DNA of 64,000 nucleotides. It comes from Fistulifera solaris. Lineage: Eukaryota. Shown here one piece after another: positions 50,782 through 63,111 of the stretch; the stretch's first letter is position 1; the number at the start of each line of letters is the position of its first letter. The position numbers and the translations under genes are program-made. Where the stretch lies: assembly GCA_030295235.1 (NCBI GenBank), contig AP026145.1, positions 372,001-436,000 of the forward strand. The letters are read 5' to 3'. The notes below the pieces were generated by a model that was given only the letters and a program-made list of their open reading frames with translations, made no database searches and had not been told where the DNA came from.

Positions 50782-52475
50782 TTAGACAAGTCCTATCATG
50801 ACGAGGGCGAGACCGAACGAAATCACGGCGCATCGATAAGCCCCTGCAGATGATACAGGCGGTGTTTCCGTGCCACCAGTCACCGGAGTGGATGATGGTG
50901 GGATTGTAGTGCCTCCTTGTGGTGGGGTCGTCAGCGTGCCCGTGGGCGTGCTCACCGGCACACTAGTCGGTGGATCTGATACATCAACGGTGCCCTCGCT
51001 AGGCGACTCAGTGCCATCCGGAATAGAGCTTGGTATGTCAGACAAATCCGATGCGGATGGACTAGGTGCGGGAGTATCGTTCTCAGTGACTCCTTCTCCC
51101 TCGGTGGGCTCTTCAGGTCCAGTAGGCTCTCCTTCGCCATCGCCAGGGCCATCACCATCGGTTCCATCGCCAGGGCCATCACCATCGGTGCCATCGCCAG
51201 GGCCATCTCCATCAGTACCATCCCCAGGCCCATCAGCATCGGTGCCATCGCCAGGGCCGTCTCCATCAGTGTCGCCGCCAGGACCATCACCATCGGTGCC
51301 ATCGCCAGGGCCGTCTCCATCAGTGTCGCCGCCAGGACCATCACCGTCTGTGCCATCGCCAGGACCGTCTCCATCAGTGCCATCACCAGGGCCGTCTCCA
51401 TCAGTGTCGCCGCCAGGACCTTCACCGTCTGTGCCATCGCCAGGACCGTCGCCATCAGTGCCATCACCAGGGCCGTCTCCATCAGTGCCATCGCCAGGAG
51501 CTTCACCGTCTGTGCCATCGCCAGGGCCGTCTCCATCAGTGTCGCCGCCAGGACCTTCACCGTCTGTGCCATCGCCAGGACCGTCTCCATCAGTGCCATC
51601 GCCGGGACCCTCCCCGTCGGTCTCGCCACCAGGCCCCCGCCTTCGTCGGGCTGATTATCCGGTTCCGGTTCTTCGGGTGTTCCAACAGGAGCTTGCACGG
51701 GTTGCTCATTGCCGGGCTCTTTCACTGGAGCGGCTGCCGGGGCTTTTACTGGAGCGGCTGCCGGGGCTTTCACAGGGGCTGCTACGGGTGCTTTTACTGG
51801 AGCAGCAACAGGAGCAGCAACTGGTGCTTTCACTGGAGCAGCTACGGGTGCTTTCACTGGAGCAGCTACGGGTGCTTTCACTGGAGCAGCTACGGGTGCT
51901 TTCACTGGAGCAGCTACGGGTGCTTTCACTGGAGCAGCTACGGGTGCTTTTACAGGAGCAGCAACCGGTTTTGCTACAGGGGTAGCAACAGGAGCAGCAA
52001 CTGGTGCACCATCTGCTGGACAAAGTTCCACGCATACTTGCGAGATATCGAAAATATTCACTCTCGGACAAGGGCATCCGTTTGGCTGATTAGAGCAGCT
52101 GTCGGTACATCCACCGACATAACAGTCAGCAACGGAGCTACATGTTGAACTATCCGCTGAGTAGGGTCCGTCGCACTGTGTAGTCACTCGGAATGTGAAA
52201 TGCTGGCCACTGCCGCACAAATCCGGGCAATAAATTTGATCGATAGGGTTGGTAGTCGATGCATCATGATCTCCCTCGTATTCACATCCCTGAGGCGTAA
52301 ACAACTGAGGGACAGTGTGACGAAGCTGACGGGCGCTTCGTTTGAAAGCAATACTTGCTTCCCACTGGTCGAAAAGCGTCTCGTCGACACCCTTGTAACC
52401 CAAAAACGAAGAGGAGAATTGGGACGCTTCGACAGCGATAAGCCAGGTGGGAAAGATGGTTGCAAACGTTTTCAT
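50782..52475 (-). CDS. Secreted, probably GPI-anchored repeat protein: Cys-rich N-domain, (APVKAPVA)n, (GPGDGTDGD)n, S/T/P linker, hydrophobic C-terminus (frameshift ~51635)
   Basis: Signal-like MKTFATIFPTWLIAVEA. The frame of the 27-bp repeat encoding TDGDGPGDG is continuous with ORF 50782-51045, which ends SSAGAYRCAVISFGLALVMIGLV. Confidence 0.8.
51135..51630. repeat. Coding minisatellite, 27-bp unit, about 18 copies
   Basis: ccatcgccagggccRtcWccatcRgtg repeated. Confidence 0.9.
51720..52010. repeat. Coding minisatellite, 24-bp unit, about 11-12 copies
   Basis: ctggagcagctacgggtgctttca repeated. Confidence 0.9.
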
Positions 52476-53264
52476 TGCTTCGGTTTTCGTCCTTGTTGAG
52501 GAAAAATATGAGAGCCACAACTGCCGTGTCCGATGAACGTTTTAAGGTGCGAATAAATAAACGAATGAATACGCTCTCATCTATTTCAAACGATACTCCG
52601 TTCCGTCAACGGTATCAAGCAAAAAATTTAGATAAATAACACGGTCTGTATTATTGTGCAACGGTCCTCGCAAATGGCTACTTGTCGTACTTTTTCAGAG
52701 AGACAGAAAGATCCAGTTTCTGTTTCAACTCCGACCTGAAACTCCAACGCACGCGAGCTCGTGAACGAGCTACTATCACGCAACGTGTGGGGGGACTTCT
52801 CATCGACCCCGACTGAAATCCAGTCACGAGACATTAGCGCATCTCCTGACTCCATTATTTGTACTAATGTCTCCTGACTGCGACTACCTGGTACCCTTGA
52901 CGAACTGCTATAAGGGCATATTGCTATAGTAATGCACACCTGGATGGGTTGAGAATTGACCTGGAGGGTTCTGCTGAGTTACTAAAGCAAACAGCAAAGG
53001 TTTCACACGACTATAAGTCTCAAAACTAAGTTCCCTTCTACTGTATGAGATATCTATTGAGGCTTGCCTCAAATTAAAACTATCGCCAAAATGTATTCTC
53101 CTGTGTTTCTAAACGCTTCAAAATGGAACCATTTCGATGCTTGTTTGGGCGTAATCAGTCGTTTTCGTTTTTTTCCTGAAGCGATAGCAGCCAATCGAAT
53201 ATCCGCAATCCCACGAAGTTTATGTACAGTGCGATTGATATGAGGTCGCTGTCAGTATCTAGTG

Positions 53265-54613
53265 TTAACCGAAGAAGATGAAGAGCAGGATCGTCTTAAA
53301 ACCAAATCGTGCGTAACGTCGAACCGAGGATGATGCCGGAAATTCATTCAATAGATCCGAAACAACTGAGGGAGATGCTGGCTTTGTTTCATTTTTCGTT
53401 TTGGGTGATCCAGTGGGGACGAGAGACGGTGCTAATGAAGCCAAGGCGGATGGTACCAGGGACGGAAACTCCGAAGGCACGGCGGAAGGTGCCAAAGAGG
53501 GGGCCTGCGAAGGCACGACAGAGGGCTGGTCCGAAGGCGTTGAACTAGGAGCTTGGGATGGAAAACGTGAAGGTACAATGGATGGTGAAGATGTTGGAGA
53601 AGTGGTTACTGGGGTTGATGATGGCGATGAAGTTGCTTGCCACAAAGCCGTACTTTCCGAAGGCATATCTGTGTGGTCACAACGGTACGCATTAGTGCTG
53701 AAACCGGAAGCCTGTTTGGTATTCTGATCAATTCGAACGTACCTATTGGTATTTGCGAGCTCTCAGAAATGTTTTGTGAGCAATTGGCAGGCGGGTTGTC
53801 GGTTCGTGTGCACAAAAATTCATCAATCCAGTCAATGTAGCTGCTGATGCGTGTGTAAACACCTGGCAAGTTCGGCCTAGCACACCCTATTCCAAAAGAC
53901 ACAATCCCATATTGAAGATTCGTATCCTGTGCGTCCACCAGGGGACCTCCCGAGTCACCGCCACAAGAATCTTGGCCACCTTCGGGGTAGCCCGCACAGA
54001 GATGAATATCAGAGACAAACAAGCCCGGCAGCAACATCTCACAAGTGCTTTGCTCAACAATTTCCAAAGTCGCCTGTTTGAGCTCTGTCGAAATATTTCC
54101 TCCTTCAGATGTCAAACCGAACCCCATGATCGTAGCTGGCGTTCCGGCTGGTGGAATGGTGCCGTTCCGATGGAGTTGCACGACTTGAGCATTCACAACG
54201 GGGGTGGCTAACTTTATTAACATGATATCATTCAGTTCCGGACCTGGCGTGTATTCAGGATGCGGGAAATTGTATTCGATGGGATAAAATTCGGATGTGC
54301 TATCGTAACCCATCCAATCCAGCGTACGGAGAATGACTCCAGTGCTATAAGCTTTCACACAATGTGCTGCACTGAGGACAACTTCGGGATGTATCAAAGA
54401 ACCACCACATAAATCACCATCGACGCCGTGCACATAGTATGGGAACACATCCGCACTCGAAACAAAGTCACCTCCGACGATACGCGGCGTGATGGCGAAT
54501 GTATCGTTCCCAATTTTCAACGTCGAAGACAGACCTCGCGGTTCACCTATGGCGCCCAGCGAAGCTATCACCCAGGGACAATACGACAGCCAGATCAGAC
54601 GCCTCATCGTCAC
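53265..54613 (-). CDS. Trypsin-like S1 serine protease with a PS-rich stalk and hydrophobic (GPI-like) C-terminus (frameshift ~53715)
   Basis: PR|IVGG, CGGSLI, SAAHC, NDIMLIKL, DSCGGDSGGP and PGVYTR; tail of PSxxPS repeats ending FKTILLFIFFG. Confidence 0.9.
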
Positions 54614-55786
54614 AGCCTGGACGGAAGAAAAATATAAATGGTCCGGTATTTCGCACGATAAAAGGATGTGTCTTTTCTCCTACCGACTTCCGAGTGAAAA
54701 GGGAACGCAACGCGCAGCTCGTGCAAGGAGCAAGCAATAATTTCGCCTCAACTCCAACAGAAAAAAACAGTAATTTAGATTATAGTGTAAAACAACAAGA
54801 CTACTTTACAACCATATATATATTATTTGGTCTAGATATGAGAGTGTGTTGTCCTGCTATGTTCTTAAGAACTTATTGCGCGTGTCGGTGTCGGGTCTTC
54901 TCTTTTGTTGGTTTTTACTTGTAGTAGAAGTTATGGAGGGAGTTTTTCCGCCTTCCGCTTTTAGCTCTCTTTCGTCATCACATCTAAGTCAGTCACGTCT
55001 TTCCTAGTCTACTACTTTGAACAAGCGTATGATGCGAAATGTTGAGAGCGACTTGCCGTTTACGAAGCACTCATTATGGTCTCTTTGTGACTTCTTTCAA
55101 GCAAGCGAATTATCGGCATAAGGTTCAATGGAAACCCTCTCTGGAATCATATCACTAACTTATTATGCAGCATAAGCTCCTAATGATGGTTCTTGAACAA
55201 AATCATTTGTTAACAGATGCGGGAAAGAATACGTTCATTGCTAGACTACCAGTATAGTGTCGTTGTTTTCGAATTTTTAATCTAAGGTTTTCAGCTGGAT
55301 TGAAATGGGAGACATACGGTTTCACACATATCAGGAAACGATACGCTTAGGATCAACACTGTCACTTTGATTGTGTTATCATTGGCAGCTTAACTTTATG
55401 AGAGACTTAGTCGAATGACATCGAAAATTGCTCAGCCGCCGACGCAGAAACAAAACTGACGTGTAAGTCAAATCATCGCCTCGGTACTCAAACTTACACT
55501 TTATTCTACAGTCAATCCTGTCAGACAATCGTGGAGACGGTCCAAGACAGACGGTTCATTCACGGGCAGCCATCAAGCGTCGAGATGAGCGAGACGAAGG
55601 AAAAGATGGAAGAAAAAGGTTGATGACGGTGGATGAAGTGAAACATTCGAATGATGCATTCACTCCATAGTTAACCCCGAGACAATTGAGTGAAACAAGT
55701 GCCAGGCGAGAAACAAGCCCGCAATCATCAAAGAGGAATTGCTTTTGTACACCAGATATTGTTTCACAGTTGCTACATTGAAGAAA

Positions 55787-58700
55787 ATGGAATTCATAAT
55801 ACGACAACCACTCTCGCTTCTATTACTCTTGCTTGTATCTTACGCTGTCATTATTGTTACGCCGTGCTGTCTAGCCTTCACCTCGCCGATCGGTCCGAGA
55901 CAAAGCGCATTCTCAAGGCACACGCACCCGAAAATTGCATCGTTCAGAGTTGATATTGATGTTGACGCTGTATTTGGAAGTGCCAATCAATCTACAGGAG
56001 GCGTAAGCTGGGGCGCCGACGATGATGACGGAGATTTTATTGATCCACAGAAAATCCATCAAGATCGGGTTGCAGAGCTTTTACAAGAGGATAACAAAGA
56101 CTTTAAAGAAATCAGGAGACAAAAGAAGTGGGGGAAGTTCGCCAACATTACGAATACAGATGAGCTACGTAGTGCACTACAGAAAGAAATGGAGCGAGTA
56201 GATGCCGAGCACGAACTAAAAGCCAGTATGGCGGCACTTTCTGGAGTAGAATATTCAGTGTTGGAGGCGAGGGAAACTGGATCTAGGGTATTCGACGAGG
56301 GTGGCAATGTTCACATAACTGCTGGATCAAAGTCATGGTTCGCTGAAGTTGATGATGAGCTAGAAAACGAATGGCAGACTTTAACAGGCGATCAGGGGCT
56401 AGATGTCCAGGTAGACGATACTTCCGGAAAAATTGTAACCAGAGACGCGCTTGCTGGAGTTCGAGTGGGAAGTGCTGGAGGTTGGACGTTGGAGGTATTT
56501 CCAGGGGATTTTGTCGTGCATCGAAAGTACGGAATCGGTCGCTTTGAGAGAACATGTCTTCGGCCAAAGACGAAACTAACACCCGAAGAAAAGAAGGCGC
56601 AAGAAGCCCGTCGAGGAGAGATTTTGACGGCTGAATTGAAAAAGATATCAGGTGGCGTTACTCCAAAAGATATCCAGGACATTAGGTCGAAGTTCGGTAC
56701 GGACGAAGACACTGATCCCATTTCAAATCCCCAATCCACCGTCTTAGAAATATCGTACGCCGACTCAATAGTCCATGTACCTGTGGAACGAGCATACCGT
56801 ATTAGTCGTTATCGAGCTGGAGATGCAGTTGTAAAACCCAAACTGTCCAGGGTTCGCGGAGAAGCTTGGGCCAAGGCAAAACGAAGAGTTGAAGACAACA
56901 CGCTAGAGATTGCTCAAGATGTACTAGCTTTGTATGCTACTAGAGAAATGCTTCAAAGACCCCCTTTCGATCCCTTGCTAGAGGACACAGTAAAACAATT
57001 TGAAAAAACATTCCCGTTTGAACCTACAACGGACCAGAAGAAATGCTTTGAGGATATTGAGAATGATATGGTTTGGAAAAGCCGCCCAATGGATCGGTTA
57101 GTGTGTGGTGATGTAGGTTTCGGAAAGACGGAAGTTGCATTTAGGGCCCTGTTTCGTACTGTGGTAAATGGAAAGCAGGCGGCTTTTCTCGCCCCGACAG
57201 GTGTTCTTGCTGCTCAACACTACAAGAATATCGTGCAACGTATGGCTGGTTTTGACGTCAACATATCTCTTCTTCGCGGAGGCATGACCCGAACCACCAG
57301 AGTCGGTCGAGAAATACGAGAAGAGATTGAATCGGGAAAAATACAATTGATTGTCGGCACACACGCTTTGCTTTCGAATGATCTAAAATTCAAAAATTTG
57401 GGGCTCTTAGTTGTTGATGAGGAGCAGCGCTTCGGCGTGAAACAAAAGAGCGCCTCAAACTAATATCTAGTGGTATTGACGTTTTGACGCTTACCGCTAC
57501 TCCAATCCCAAGAACTTTGCAGATGAGTCTTAGCGGAATCCGTGACACATCAACAATTCGATCGCCTCCTCCGATGCGAAAGTCTACAATCACTTATGTT
57601 CAAGATTTTTCGGAGGAGATGGTAGCAAATGCAATTCAAACGGAACTTGACAGGGGCGGTCAATGTTACTATGTTGTCCCCAGAATTTCTATGTTAGCGG
57701 ATGCTGAGGCACTGATGGTCAAGCTTTTCCCTGATATTCGCATCATTCAGGCTCACGGTCGCATGCAGAGAGGTGGTGCTGAGGAAAATGTAGCAAAATT
57801 CGCTGAAGGCAATTATGATGTTCTGCTCGCAACGACTGTCATTGAAAACGGAGTAGACATTCCGTCGGTCAACACGATCATTGTACAAAACTCGCAAGCC
57901 TTTGGTATGAGTACTCTTTACCAATTAAGAGGTCGCGTTGGGCGATCTAATCAGCAAGGCTATGCTTATTTCTTGCATCGCGAAGACTCGGTGACCGAGC
58001 AAGCTGCAATGCGACTGCAAGCGATTGGCGAGCTTTCGGAACTCGGAGCTGGTTTCGATGTTGCTAACAGAGATCTCGAAATTCGTGGAGCTGGTAGTCT
58101 CTTAGGCACAGAACAAAGTGGAATGGCTGCAAAAGTGGGTTTCGATCTGTATATGCGTATGCTCAAGAAAAGTATCCGTAAGTTGAGAGGTCTCGATTTA
58201 CCTGTTGTTCCCCGGACGAATATTCTGTTGGATACCGGCTGCACCCCCAGCACCTTCAAGCTACCACCAGATTTCATCCCCGACGAAAGTAAACGACGTA
58301 TCGAAGAAAGTAAAGCCCGATTGGCGGAAAGCACTGCAGCTCTCGTGAATATTACCAGTTTTTGGAAAAGTGAATATGGCCAGCTGCCAGCGAGCCTGCA
58401 GTCGCAATTGAAAACCATGCATCTCCATGCATGCACTCGTCGCTTGGGCATCGATCTGGTCGGATTTGTAAAATCAGACGAAGAGGGTATGTTCGATTGT
58501 GTTCTCAGATCACCTGGTCTCAGGCCACGACATTGGGGCATTATCCTATCGGAATTTCCTCGACCAGCTGCCCCGAAGGGTTTGGACGTAGTCTTCCCCT
58601 CTCGTTTTACGCTTTCGGGTGAAGATGAGATGTTCCTAGGAGGGAAAAAGATTGATCTGAAGCTGCTAACGGCCGAAGAAAGCGTGAACGAAGAAGAGGA

Positions 58701-59025
58701 AGAGGAGGTATGGGACGCCATGGATCAAGAAGAGCAAGAAGCATTGAGAGATATTGCTTCTGCAGTGAACGTGGAGAGCATGGATGAGATCGACATAGAT
58801 CAGTATCCGCGGTTTGTGATACGGAATTTTGAATCCGAAAGCAAAGCCGTCGACGCGCTACTCAAGTTGCTCCTTCCTATCTCTAAGGTAGTGCACGAGA
58901 AGCAAGAATCGCAGGCAGAGCAAGCAAAGGCAGCTGTAGAGCTGCGCAAGAAGCAAGATCTGTTGCGAAATCGGAAGGCTACGATGGAAAAATATGACAT
59001 GCAAAGAATGAACTTTGAATATTAA
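55787..59025 (+). CDS. mfd: Transcription-repair coupling factor (Mfd/TRCF), plastid-targeted (frameshift ~57445)
   Basis: Signal + CLA-F; GDFVVHRKYGIGRF (CarD/RID); MDRLVCGDVGFGKTEVA; VDEEQRFGV; LTATPIPRTL; QLRGRVGR; DLEIRGAGSLLGTEQSG. Confidence 0.92.
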
Positions 59026-59105
59026 AATAAAAAAGATAACTATGGTGTGAATCTTTTGAATAAAGCAGCTAGTTGTACCAATATGAAAGTGATGAATCCA
59101 TTCCC

Positions 59106-60235
59106 TTAGTTGCGTTTGCAAAGTCTAATGAAGATACCGGATGGCCGGTTGACTGAATGGACAACACCCACCTCTTTCAACCATTCAATCATCAGCTCAA
59201 CAGGTATTGGTCCCGTTGATCGCTTCAATGATTGTAATGATTTCTCCCCATAGTAGCTTCGTTTGATATTTGCTACAAGCTTGCCGCGCGTTTCTTGCCA
59301 CGCTTTCAAGACAGTTCCCCATTCGGGAAGCCACAGCTGATAGGCGTGAAGCTCGTGGCTGGGCAAAACGACCTGGATCGTTTGCAACAGCTCCATGACG
59401 CGTTTCGGTCCTCGAACACCCACCAGTGGATCGCGACGGAATGATTCTTCGACATCGGCTTCCCGTATATACCTCCCGGTCCAATCACGTACGTGCTGAA
59501 CAAACCAGTCTACGACTTTTGTGATCTCATTAGAGGAATCTGTCGTTTCCTTGATTCGGTACCTTTCATGAGCATCGCGAACTCCCCGTATGTAGTCATG
59601 GGTGGCCAATAATACGGACAGCACCTCTTCCACACCATCCTGAGAAGGAGCTCGTAGTTGGGTCAAGGAACCGTTCATGTTTTTCGAATCCAAAAGGTCT
59701 TGCAATTCGCTACATGTTGAAAAATCTCGCAATCGATTGTGTACTTGACACTCCAACACAGCTTTCAGATAAGGACTAGTCTGTTCCTGGTGCGGAGAAT
59801 GCAAAGGGGTATTAAAATGCACGTTTCCGGATTGTTTTGTAGTGCCTGTATTACCATCCAAGCATCCGATGGAAGATCCATTAGGGCATTATCAACCAAG
59901 TTCGGTTCAAACCCGTTGTCATCAATTTGATTAAATTGAGCGACAGGAGTGCTTTCTGCAAAGAAAGTCCTTGCAGGGATCCCTCTCGAAACAGTCGTGC
60001 ACGTTGGAAAGCGTTGTTTCAACTGCGGGCGTCGTCGTTTGATGACCACAACAGTTTTCTCCCGGGAACATTCTACTGTTCGGCCATTTTGAATTTGAAA
60101 ATCTCCTTCTATTTCAGTGTTTCGTTTGTCCATGATGGTTTCTATTGTGTCGTCCTTCGTTTGGTTTTTGTTGGTTGTTGAGGAATGAGGAGATGAGGAG
60201 TGAGGAGGAGTCGCATTTCCTTCATTGCGCGCCAT
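59106..60235 (-). CDS. STK19-like winged-helix protein (frameshift ~59805)
   Basis: N-terminal LPSDAWMVIQAL; C-terminal YQLWLPEWGTVLKAWQETRGKLVANIKRSYYGE...GVVHSVNRPSGIFIRL resembles the STK19 C-terminal domain. Confidence 0.6.
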
Positions 60236-60282
60236 CGTACCGGTACACAGTACCAGTACTTTTGTCGAGGAAGTCGGAATAA

Positions 60283-61140
60283 AGCATCCGTATCGTCGAC
60301 TGCCGTTTTCACTATAATGGTAAAGTGTAAGTTGTACGAGATCGCGACTAAATTTCAGTCACTTGAAACGCCACCGAAGCAGAGAGCACCAAAGACCAAA
60401 ATGGTCCTCAAACAAAAGCTCAAAGTGTATAATCAAATCCCATGGAAAATACAAATTTATGAACTTACTATCATCTTCATTCGAAACGCAATTATTTGCG
60501 TCGGATAGCATCCGTATCGTCGACTGCCATTTGCACTATAATGGTAAAGTGTAAGTTGTACGCGATCGCGACTAAATTTCAGTCACTTGAATCGCCACCG
60601 AAGCAATGAGAGCACCAAAGACCAAAAATGGTCCTCAAACAAAAGCTCAAAGTGTATAATCAAATCCCATGGAAAATACAAATTTATGAACTTACTATCA
60701 TCTTCATTCGAAACGCAATTATTTGCGTCGGATAGCATCCGTATCGTCGACTGCCATTTGCACTATAATGGTAAAGTGTAAGTTGTACGCGATCGCGACT
60801 AAATTTCAGTCACTTGAATCGCCACCGAAGCAATGAGAGCACCAAAGACCAAAATGGTCCTCAAACAAAAGCTCAAAGTGTATAATCAAATCCCATGGAA
60901 AATACAAATTTATGAACTTACTATCATCTTCATTCGAAACGCAATTATTTGCGTCGGATAGCATCCGTATCGTCGACTGCCATTTGCACTATAATGGTAA
61001 AGTGTAGGTTGTACGCGATCGCGACTAAATTTCAGTCACTTGAATCCACCGAAGCAATGAGAGCACCAAAGTGGTCTTCTCAAACAAAAGCGCGAAGTGT
61101 ATACGTAGTAATCAAATGCCATGGAAATTACCAAAATAGA
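60283..61140. repeat. Tandem repeat family B, ~226-bp unit, about 3.8 copies
   Basis: agcatccgtatcgtcgactgcc at 60283, 60507, 60734 and 60960. Confidence 0.95.
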
Positions 61141-61142
61141 AT

Positions 61143-61568
61143 TTGAGAATGCAAAAGGGGTATTAATATGCACGTTTCCGGATTGTTCTGCAGTGCCTGT
61201 ATTACCATCCAAGCATCCGATGGAAGATCTACAAGTGGACAATCATCCAAGTTAGGTTCGAACCCATTGTCATTGTTTTGGTCATCTTGAGCGACAGGTG
61301 CGATTTCAGCGAAGATAGTCCTTGTAGGGATTGAAACAGTCGTGCACGTTTGAAAGCGTTGTTTCAACTTCGGCCGTCGTCGTTTGATGACTACCGCAGT
61401 TTTCTCCCGCGTGCACTCTCCTGTTCTGCCATTAGGTTTTTGTAAGTCTTCTTCTATTTCTGTCTTTCTTTTGTCCATGATGCTTTTTATCGTGTCGTTT
61501 GATTGTGTTGTTATTTTGTGTTGCGTCTTGCGTGTTGTGTTGCATTTTTCTTGGCATTTTTCCGTCAA
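61143..61568 (-). pseudogene. Duplicated 5' fragment of the STK19-like gene
   Basis: MDKRKTEIEED...VVIKRRRPKLKQRFQTCTTVS...LPSDAWMVIQALQNNPETCILIPL matches 59795-60160, then is truncated by repeat B. Confidence 0.85.
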
Positions 61569-61761
61569 AGTGTGAGCTCAACTTATCCAAAACTGATTTC
61601 AGTCATGACCAAAAGTAACGATTGTCGCTGGTCGCTGACGCCTGTATGGCGGAAAGCTTTACCGGCGTGATAAAATGATCCAATGCGAAAGACAGTCTCT
61701 TTTTGGGCAATCAACGCTTTCACTTTGGAAATCGACTGCACTGCGTCAAACGCATAAAACA

Positions 61762-63111
61762 ATGCAACGCTTCGAATGTCTACGTGATTTCACGTGGCTC
61801 TCGTAGGAAATTTATCGACAGAGGGGGAACCCGGAGATCGTGCAATTTCGATCACACCATTATTCGCTTCGTTTGGACACCAACACCAATGGCACCAGTA
61901 CTTTGTGCACCGTATTTGCTTCGTATCAGGAAGCAATAACATCATCCGACTTGAAAACAAAACGTCGGTGGAACGAATGATGCGACGCTTCGAATGTCTA
62001 CGTGATTTCACGTGGCTCTCGTAGGAAATTTATCGACAGAGGGGGAATCCGGAGATCGTGCAATTTCGATCACACCATTATTCGCTTCGTTTGGACACCA
62101 ACACCAATGGCACCAGTACTTTGTGCACCGTATTTGCTTCGTGTCAGGAAGCAATAACATCATCCGACTTGAAAAGAAAACGTCGGTGGAACGAATGATG
62201 CGACGTTCGAATGTCTACGTGATTTCACGTGGCTCTCGTAGGGAAATTTATCGACAGAGGGGGAACCCGGAGATCGTGCAATTTCGATCACACCATTATT
62301 CGCTTCGTTTGGACACCAACACCAATGGCACCAGTACTTTGTGCACCGTATTTGCTTCGTGTCAGGAAGCAATAACATCATCCGACTTGAAAACAAAACG
62401 TCGGTGGAACGAATGATGCGACGCTTCGAATGTCTACGTGGTTTCACGTGGCTCTCGTAGGGAAATTTATCGACAGAGGGGGAACCCGGAGATCGTGCAA
62501 CTTCGATCACACCATTATTCGCTTCGTTTGGACACCAATGGCACCAGTACTTTGTGCACCGTATTTGCTTCGTATCAGGAAGCAATCAAATCATCCGACT
62601 TGAAAACAAAACGTCGGTGGAACGAATGATGCGACGCTTCGAATGTCTACGTGATTTCACGTGGCTCTCGTAGGGAAATTTATCGACAGAGGGGGAACCC
62701 GGAGATCGTGCAATTTCGATCACACCATTATTCGCTTCGTTTGGACACCAACACCAATGGCACCAGTACTTTGTGCACCGTATTTGCTTCGTATCAGGAA
62801 GCAATCAAATCATCCGACTTGAAAACAAAACGTCGGTGGAACGAATGATGCGACGCTTCGAATGTCTACGTGATTTCACGTGGCTCTCGTAGGGAAATTT
62901 ATCGACAGAGGGGGAACCCGGAGATCGTGCAATTTCGATCACACCATTATTCGCTTCGTTTGGACACCAACACCAATGGCACCAGTACTTTGTGCACCGT
63001 ATTTTCTTCGTATCAGGAAGCAATCAAATCATCCGACTTGAAAACAAAACGTCGGTGGAACGAATGATGCGACGCTTCGAATGTCTACGTGATTTCACGT
63101 GGCTCTCGTAG
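61762..63111. repeat. Tandem repeat family A, ~219-bp unit, about 6.2 near-identical copies
   Basis: ttcgaatgtctacgtg recurs about every 219 bp from 61771 to ~63077. Confidence 0.97.

Noticed and set aside
50952..51630. (MALMETALA)n repeat in the 522-aa minus ORF
   Set aside because: Wrong frame after an indel at ~51635; the Gly/Asp frame is the one continuous with the C-terminal anchor
50870..51985. + strand extensin-like (SPGPSPSVP)n ORF
   Set aside because: Antisense shadow of the repeat: no ATG start or signal peptide, whereas the minus strand gives signal peptide, repeats and GPI tail
61790..63067. Repeated 63-141-aa ORFs on both strands
   Set aside because: Products of the 219-bp satellite; interrupted by stops and indels in several units, and the frame is not conserved in the diverged copy at 22.4 kb
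60283..63111. CRISPR-like array interpretation of the tandem repeats
   Set aside because: Units are repeated in full (~220 bp) with no unique spacers, there are no cas genes, and the context is eukaryotic
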